Shown here: in pieces, positions 1 to 5,797 of the stretch
Position numbering within the stretch: the stretch's first letter is position 1
Layout of the letters: every line of letters starts with the position of its first letter
Assembly: GCF_947077765.1 (NCBI RefSeq)
Contig: NZ_CAMTTF010000001.1
Location: forward strand, 314,818-346,817
DNA: 32,000 nucleotides
Direction: 5' to 3'
From: Salinibacter grassmerensis
GTDB lineage: Bacteria; Bacteroidota; Rhodothermia; Rhodothermales; Salinibacteraceae
Notes under the pieces: generated by a model
What the model saw: the letters and a program-made list of their open reading frames with translations, nothing else
Told to the model about the DNA's origin: nothing
Database searches by the model: none
Position numbers and translations under genes: made by a program

Positions 1-374
1 ACGTGATGGGGTACGGCGCCCTCACGCTCACCGAAGATTGCCGCCCGGTGCTGAAGGGCCACGAGACCACTGCCTTCCGCGACGGGGCCGCCGCGTCCGG
101 GTCGTCCAGCACCCCGAAGACCGCCTCCGACGATCCCCTCCCGGCCGACGGGCCGGAGCGGGAGCTGTTCGAGGCGCTCCGCGAGCGCCGCACGCAGCTG
201 GCCAAGGACCAGGAGGTGCCCCCCTACGTCATCTTCAACGACAAGACGCTGCGGGCAATGGTGGAGCATCAGCCCCAGACCCGAAGCGCCTTCCATGAGA
301 TCCACGGGGTGGGGGACGTGAAGCTGGAGCGGTATGGCAATCAGTTCCTCGACACGATCCGCGAGCACACGTGA
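1..374 (+). CDS. recQ: RecQ-family ATP-dependent DNA helicase, C-terminal fragment (HRDC domain); the 5' end lies outside the window
   Basis: The frame is open from the window edge to TGA at 372-374. The translation ...RELFEALRERRTQLAKDQEVPPYVIFNDKTLRAMVEHQPQT...IHGVGDVKLERYGNQFLDTIREH matches the C-terminal HRDC region of E. coli RecQ (..LFAKLRKLRK..A....VPPYVVFNDATLIEMAEQMP...GVG..KLERFGKPF). High GC3. Confidence 0.85.
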   Translation, partial: VMGYGALTLTEDCRPVLKGHETTAFRDGAAASGSSSTPKTASDDPLPADGPERELFEALRERRTQLAKDQEVPPYVIFNDKTLRAMVEHQPQTRSAFHEIHGVGDVKLERYGNQFLDTIREHT

Positions 375-505
375 ACGTGTGAAACCGGGGAGGGCCGTCC
401 CCACTCCGGAAGAGGGCCTGTGGAGGGGGCATATGTGACGAACTCGTAGCTCTGCGCGGCCATACAGAGTCCAAGATGCCCCTTTAACGTAGATACTAGA
501 TCTCC

Positions 506-1885
506 ATGCAACGGACCGTGTCTGCCGGGCTCCGGCTTGTGCTACTCGTTGGCGTGCTGGTCATCGCCGGGGTGAGGCCGGGACAGGCGCAGGCGCCCCG
601 CGGGGCGGGCAACGGAACGGCGGCTCTTGAAGGCTGGCCCCGCTCGCTGCCCACCCTCCTCGACGAGATGGGGCGGGATGCGCCGTACCTGCTCCCCCGC
701 GTTGACTCGATGGCACTCGACTACCGGTACGCCGCGACCGACACCACGTCGCGGTGGTCGTTCGTCGTCAGTTGGCGCCCCGCCAAGCGGGTGCTCTATG
801 AGGGCGAGGTGCTGCCCTGGCGCGAGCGTCCGGCGGGCATCCGCATGACCAACGTCGAGCTCCGCGCTGACGTGCGGGTGGACGGTGAGAAGCGCGCCGA
901 GATGATCGTCGGCGTCGACAGCATGGCGCTCCGCCCCGTCCCCGACCGGTTTGCGTTCAACGTGACGGTGGCCCACGAACGCGTCTTCCTGGACGCCTCC
1001 CCGGCCGAGGCGCGCCGCATTCTCTCGGAGGGGGCGACGCTCGACGGCCTCGTCGTGGAGCGCATGGGCTTCGCGTCGGACGCGGCCGAACGACGCCCCG
1101 GCCCCGGCGACCGGGACGCCCGCGAGCGTCGGCCGGAGCCGTCCCGATCGCCGAGCATCTACACGCCCCGGTCACGCATCTACATTGGGTGGCGGGTGGC
1201 GCCGCGCCCGTACTACGTTGGGGGGCGGGACCGAGACAACGACCGCACCCGACGGCCCCGCGGCGAGACGGTGGGCCGCTCGACGGCCGATGGGGAGCGG
1301 TCGGCAGCCGCCGGCCGGGACGACCGCACGGAAGGGCGACGGGGCGCTAGGGATGATTCCGGGGAGGAGGGCGAAGACGAGGCCGACACGGAGGGCCGCT
1401 CCCGTGCTGAGGAGATCCTCTCGGACGAGGATGATGAGGAGGACGACGAGGAGGATACCGATCTTGGCCTCCCCGCACTCGGGGCGGCGGCCGCCGTGGG
1501 AGTTGTCGCCTTCGCAGGGGGCACGGCCGGGCTTTACGTAAGGGGCGATACCCCCATCGGAGTGGCCTCCGGCTACACGCATCCACGCGGCGGCGTCCAG
1601 CTTCAGGCGGCCATCAACAGTGCCGTCCTGGAGGATGGCCCCGACCAGAAGCTCAGCGTCCGGGCCCTCGGCTTCTACGACGTGTTTGAGTCGCGCGTCC
1701 AGCCGGCCCTGGGGTTTGGGGCCCACATCGACCCACAGGCGGGACGTGACTGGGCCCCCGTCGTCTCGGCCGGCGTCGTGGGCAACCTCGGACGGGTCGT
1801 GCTCTACGGCGGACTCGACGTGGTGCACGGGACGCCCGAGATTGGCGTCTCGTATAACTTCCGGTACGGCGACGGGGGAGAGTGA
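506..1885 (+). CDS. Hypothetical secreted or membrane-associated protein. It has a signal peptide, a globular N-domain, a long R/D/E-rich disordered linker ending in a poly-acidic tract, a hydrophobic Gly/Ala segment and a beta-rich C-domain
   Basis: 459-aa ORF with strong GC3 bias. The N-terminus MQRTVSAGLRLVLLVGVLVIAGVRPGQAQA looks like a signal peptide. Linker: RDARERRPEPSRS...GRDRDNDRTRRPRGE...SDEDDEEDDEEDTD. I do not recognise the family. Confidence 0.6.
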   Translation: MQRTVSAGLRLVLLVGVLVIAGVRPGQAQAPRGAGNGTAALEGWPRSLPTLLDEMGRDAPYLLPRVDSMALDYRYAATDTTSRWSFVVSWRPAKRVLYEGEVLPWRERPAGIRMTNVELRADVRVDGEKRAEMIVGVDSMALRPVPDRFAFNVTVAHERVFLDASPAEARRILSEGATLDGLVVERMGFASDAAERRPGPGDRDARERRPEPSRSPSIYTPRSRIYIGWRVAPRPYYVGGRDRDNDRTRRPRGETVGRSTADGERSAAAGRDDRTEGRRGARDDSGEEGEDEADTEGRSRAEEILSDEDDEEDDEEDTDLGLPALGAAAAVGVVAFAGGTAGLYVRGDTPIGVASGYTHPRGGVQLQAAINSAVLEDGPDQKLSVRALGFYDVFESRVQPALGFGAHIDPQAGRDWAPVVSAGVVGNLGRVVLYGGLDVVHGTPEIGVSYNFRYGDGGE

Positions 1886-2571
1886 GCGACCGTGCTGGGA
1901 TAGGGGGGGACGACCCTGTCTGCCAGGAGAGAGGCCGGTTCAGAAACCAGGGTGCGGACGCTGTTCATTCCGTCCACGCGGAGCGGCGTCCAGGGAGAAT
2001 GTGCCGACGTGGTCAATAACAGTAATAAAGAGTGGGTGCCTGATACGGCGGTTGACATCGACCCGCGGCTGAAAGAAGGGTCTCGATCCTCTCCAGACAG
2101 GAGCCCGAACCGTGCCTGGTTGACGGCGGTCTTCTAGAGGCGGACGATTCTGCAGGGCGCCTAACCGCAAGACGGCTGGCTCAGTAGCATCGCCGGAAGC
2201 CCCTTCGACGCAGACAACCATGGGGGCTGTTGCTCCTACCCGTCCTGTACTCGGGGAATGGTTGGAAAGTCATCTCCCCCGCCCGTTCAAATGTCAGATC
2301 TCCACCTGCTCTGAACGAAAATTTTTCGTATGTGGAGCCTGTTCGAAGAGGAGACCTAGGCCCTGTGAGATTCCGCGGCGGCAGACGCTAGACGCACACG
2401 GATCAAGGAATTCACAAAGCTGCGTTCCGCTCATACCCGCACACATCGACGCTGAGAACGGTTTTCTGCGGTGAAACAATAACAGCAGTAAATGGCGTCC
2501 ATTTGATACTTTGGCGCCAGAAACCTACCGTACAAGACACGCTTAGTGAGCACGTGCTCTCTGGGGTTGTG

Positions 2572-2700
2572 CTGTCGTGGCATGGCGGTAGGAACGCACC
2601 GATGGGTGCTCCTGCGTCACGGGGAAAGTCCGGTGGAAGGCCGGCGCTGCCGCGCAACGGTTCCAGCCCGAATGCCCGCCCGGAGAGCGATCACGTCCCT
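2572..2700 (+). promoter_or_regulatory. Cobalamin riboswitch-like aptamer (compact form without the P6 extension) in the nrdJ leader
   Basis: 2622-2661 GGGAAAGTCCGGTGGAAGGCCGGCGCTGCCGCGCAACGGT matches the conserved cobalamin aptamer core. 2665-2680 AGCCCGAATGCCCGCC resembles the B12 box. GGCGG 2584-2588 can pair with CCGCC 2676-2680. A P2-like hairpin is formed by GCACC/GGTGC at 2596-2609. CCGG 2630-2633 can pair with CCGG 2641-2644. Called by eye only; no covariance model was run. Confidence 0.55.
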
Positions 2701-2916
2701 TCAGGCCGCCGTGTCGGAGGGGAAGCCCTGCGCGTCTTTAGGGCATGTGGTCCGTGGCGTACGAGTTGATTGACGGCATTGGCCGAACCGTTCCGGGCAG
2801 CCCGCTCCCGCTGCGCGGATCTGGCCTGTATTGAATCGCCTCTCTCAGCGCGCCCTGGCCTTCGTGACGCGCGCCAACCGTCCGAGGTCCTTTTCCTATT
2901 AATCGAGCGCTCAGTT

Positions 2917-5643
2917 ATGTCCCAAAACCCCTCTTCTACAGAATCCGCAGCGGCCGACGTGGCTGCCCCGGCCGAATCGACCAACGGGCACGCCTCCAAC
3001 GGCCACCGCGTCAACACCCGGTCGGGACGAAACGGGTCGCATCAGTATCAGCTGTCCGACAGCGACCTCGTCACGGACGACCGGACGAACGACGACATCT
3101 TCGAGACCGAGATCTCCGAGGAGGTCTACGAGCAAAACTACCAGTACGGCACCGACGACCGCATACCGGACAGCTGGTACCGGAATGCGCGGGCCATGGC
3201 CCAGGTCGAAGACGACACCGACGCGTGGACCCAGCGCTTCTATCAGCTTCTGAGCGGGAAAGGACTGGGCACTGGCCCTTTTCCGTTCACGCCTGGCGGC
3301 CGCATCTTCGCCAACGCGGGCACCGGCCTCGGCAAGGCCACGCTCATCAACTGCTTCGTGTCGGGGTTTCAGGGCCACGACCAGGACTCGATGGACGAGA
3401 TCCAGGCGGAGCTGACCCGCCAGGCCAAGATCCTGGCCAGCGAGGGCGGCTACGGGTTCTGCGCCCACATCATGCGGCCCCGTGGGGCGCGCATCGGCGG
3501 CGTCGGCTCCATGACGCCCGGCGCGGTGCAGATGCTCGACGTCTGGAATAAGCAGGCCGCCACCATCGTCGCGGGCTCCGGCATGATGTCCGACCGCGAC
3601 GACGTGAAGGACAAGATCCGAAAGGGCGCCCAGATGGTCACCATGGGCATCTGGCACCCCGACATCATTGAGTTCATCGAGGCGAAGCAGGAGCCCGGCC
3701 GCCTCCACAAGTTCAACATGTCGGTTCTCATCACCGACGAGTTCATGGAGGCGGTCAGGAACGACGACAAGTGGGCGCTCCGCTTCCCCGACTACGAGAA
3801 CGAGAAGGAGTTCTACAAGCAGCACTGGGACGGCAACCTGAAGGCCTACCAGGAGAAGGGCGGCACGGTGAAGACGTGGAAGGACCCGGCCACCGGCGAG
3901 CCCGCGGTGTACGAGGCGCGGGAGATCTGGAATCGGATTATGGATTCCACCTACAACCGCAACGAGCCCGGTGTCATCTTCGTCGACACCATCAACAAGG
4001 AGAACAACCTCAGCTACATCGAGCACATCAACGCCACGAACCCGTGTGGCGAGCAGGTGCTGCCGGTCGGCGGCGTGTGCCTGCTGGGCAACCTGAACGT
4101 GACGCAGCTCGTGGACCAGGAAGCGGGCGAGATTGACTACGATCTCGTCGACGACCTCGTCCCGCTCGCGGTGCGCTTCCTCGACAACGTCAACGACCTC
4201 AGCTACGTCCCGCTCGAGGAGCAGCAGGAGAACCTGCAGAAGAAGCGCCGCATCGGCCTCGGCCACTACGGCGACGGCTCGGCGCTGATGATGATGAAGA
4301 CGCGCTACGGCTCCGACGAGGGGGCCCGCGTGATGCGCCAGTTCCAGGAGCACCTCGCCAACCAGGCCTACCAGGCCAGCGCGCGGCTCGCCGACGAGAA
4401 GGGCGCGTTCCCGCTCTTCGACAAGGACGAATACCTGTCAAACCCCTTCGTCCAGCGCCTTTCGGACAAGACGAAGGAGATGATCGGCGACCTGGGGCTC
4501 CGCAACAGTCACCTGCTCTCCATTCAGCCGACGGGCAACACGTCCACCTTGGGCAACGCCCCGTCGAGCGGCATCGAGCCGGTGTTTATGCACAGCTACA
4601 TCCGGACCTCCGAGCAGCCGGCGCTCCCCGACGGGATCAACCGGCCGTCGATGTCCCCGAACGCCTACGAAGTGGGGGAGGACATCGACGCCGACGGCAC
4701 GGCCTGGACCGCCGAGGAGCAGGGCGACGAGACGGTGCTTCGCTGCCAGGAGGAGGGCCACACCCACTGGCAGATTCACCCGACCCGCGACATCTGCAAG
4801 GATCAGGAGGTCAAGGACTACGCCGTCCGACACATGGAGACGGATGGCACCTGGGACCCGGAGGCCGACTGGGCCGTCACGACCCGCGATCTGGACGTGG
4901 ACGACCACCTCACCCAGATGAAGGCGCTGGCACCGTTCGTGGACTCCTCGATGTCCAAGACGGTCAACGTCCCGAATGACTACCCCTTCGAGGACTTCAA
5001 GGAGCTTTACGAGAAGGCCCACGACACAGGCGTCATCAAGGGCGTGACGACGTACCGCGCCGGGACCATGAGTGCCGTGCTCTCCGGCGGCGACGACGAG
5101 GACGACGGCGATGGCGTGCCCCGCACCGAGGCGCCCGATCGCCCGGAGACCCTGCCGTGCGCCATCCACCGCGTGCGGTACCAGGGCGACCACTGGACCA
5201 TCCTGGTCGGCTTTCTGGAGGATCACCCCTACGAGGTCTTCGCCTTCAAGTCGGAGGGGGAGGCCCCGCTCTTCGGCGACGACAGTGAGCGCGTCGACGA
5301 GGGCCACATCCGGAAGAATGAGAGCCGTCACTACTCGCTTCTGGGCCCGAACGGAACGGTCGTGATCGGCGACATCACCAGCCACATGCCGTCCGATGAC
5401 GTGCGCGTGGAGACGCGGCTCGTGTCGACGGCGCTGCGCCACGGCTCCAAGATTGACTTCCTCGTGGAGCAGCTCGAGAAGGCGGAGGGCTCAATCGCGT
5501 CCTTCGGCCAGTCGATGGCGAAGGCCCTGCGCGCCCACGCCACCGACCACGAAGTCACCTGCGACAAGTGTGGGTCCGCGAACGTGCGCCACGTAGAGGG
5601 CTGCATGGAGTGCGCGGACTGCGGGCACTCGCGGTGCAGCTAG
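2917..5643 (+). CDS. nrdJ: Class II (adenosylcobalamin-dependent) ribonucleoside-triphosphate/diphosphate reductase
   Basis: ATNPCGEQVLPVGGVCLLGNLN is the class II active-site Cys/Glu loop. The RNR barrel motifs GGRIFANAG, GGGVGS and SIQPTGNTS are present. The C-terminal tail has two CxxC pairs (CDKCGSANVRHVEGCMECADCGHSRC). The start is placed at ATG 2917 (MSQNPSS...) rather than the track start at 2770, because the first 49 codons look non-coding and lie in the leader. Confidence 0.9.
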   Translation: MSQNPSSTESAAADVAAPAESTNGHASNGHRVNTRSGRNGSHQYQLSDSDLVTDDRTNDDIFETEISEEVYEQNYQYGTDDRIPDSWYRNARAMAQVEDDTDAWTQRFYQLLSGKGLGTGPFPFTPGGRIFANAGTGLGKATLINCFVSGFQGHDQDSMDEIQAELTRQAKILASEGGYGFCAHIMRPRGARIGGVGSMTPGAVQMLDVWNKQAATIVAGSGMMSDRDDVKDKIRKGAQMVTMGIWHPDIIEFIEAKQEPGRLHKFNMSVLITDEFMEAVRNDDKWALRFPDYENEKEFYKQHWDGNLKAYQEKGGTVKTWKDPATGEPAVYEAREIWNRIMDSTYNRNEPGVIFVDTINKENNLSYIEHINATNPCGEQVLPVGGVCLLGNLNVTQLVDQEAGEIDYDLVDDLVPLAVRFLDNVNDLSYVPLEEQQENLQKKRRIGLGHYGDGSALMMMKTRYGSDEGARVMRQFQEHLANQAYQASARLADEKGAFPLFDKDEYLSNPFVQRLSDKTKEMIGDLGLRNSHLLSIQPTGNTSTLGNAPSSGIEPVFMHSYIRTSEQPALPDGINRPSMSPNAYEVGEDIDADGTAWTAEEQGDETVLRCQEEGHTHWQIHPTRDICKDQEVKDYAVRHMETDGTWDPEADWAVTTRDLDVDDHLTQMKALAPFVDSSMSKTVNVPNDYPFEDFKELYEKAHDTGVIKGVTTYRAGTMSAVLSGGDDEDDGDGVPRTEAPDRPETLPCAIHRVRYQGDHWTILVGFLEDHPYEVFAFKSEGEAPLFGDDSERVDEGHIRKNESRHYSLLGPNGTVVIGDITSHMPSDDVRVETRLVSTALRHGSKIDFLVEQLEKAEGSIASFGQSMAKALRAHATDHEVTCDKCGSANVRHVEGCMECADCGHSRCS

Positions 5644-5740
5644 GCCATACGCCTCCGCGGCAGTGAGGGGCGCAGGTCGGAACGAAGTCGGCCCGGAGTG
5701 CGCTTCTCACACGTAGTCGGGACATACGAAAGTGGTTTTC

Positions 5741-5780
5741 GCGGCGTCCTCCCGACATGGAGGGCGCCGCGTCGTATTTT
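5741..5780 (+). terminator. Rho-independent terminator: a 12-bp GC-rich stem followed by a T-run. It is either the nrdJ terminator or an attenuator for lysC-lysA
   Basis: GCGGCGTCCTCC (5741-5752), loop CGACAT, GGAGGGCGCCGC (5759-5770; one G-U pair), then GTCGTATTTT (5771-5780). GTCGGGA 5716-5722 can alternatively pair with TCCCGAC 5750-5756, overlapping the 5' arm and loop. Confidence 0.6.
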
Positions 5781-5797
5781 GTGGAAGGAATTGGAGC

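Noticed and set aside
2220-2474. 84-aa Cys-rich ORF (…CQISTCSERKFFVCGACSK…) that could be a small zinc-binding or RiPP-like peptide
   Set aside because: There is no GC3 bias, and it lies in the lower-GC spacer. No neighbouring modification or transport genes are present, and the overlapping antisense ORF is equally (im)plausible.
2622-2636. GGAAAGTCCGG string, also reminiscent of RNase P RNA conserved region I (a weaker GGAAAGTCGG occurs at about 8546)
   Set aside because: No other RNase P conserved regions (for example the ACAGAA.CCGGCTTA-like CR-V) or the long-range P4 partners are present nearby. At 2622 the context fits the cobalamin aptamer far better.
2770-2916. N-terminal extension of nrdJ from the track start (MTALAEPFRAARSRC...)
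   Set aside because: The extension is Arg/Ala/Cys-rich, has no RNR homology and overlaps the structured leader. ATG 2917 (MSQNPSS...) begins the acidic N-terminal region that continues into the conserved enzyme. Similar trimming was applied to the 5732, 10084, 20001, 22425, 25235, 27101 and 30250 track starts.
2911-5442. Long minus-strand ORFs (2911-4353 and 4438-5442) antisense to nrdJ
   Set aside because: nrdJ on the + strand has unambiguous RNR motifs. The antisense translations are low-complexity (runs of V/L/D/H/G/R) and are shadow ORFs.
5644-5797. Canonical lysine (L-box) riboswitch upstream of lysC-lysA
   Set aside because: GAGGGGCGC and TGGAGGGCGCC superficially resemble the L-box 5' and 3' conserved strings. 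However, the leader is ~155 nt including the terminator, too short for the five-helix L-box, and the GCCGAAG / ACTGTCA-type core elements are missing. It is kept only as a generic attenuator candidate.
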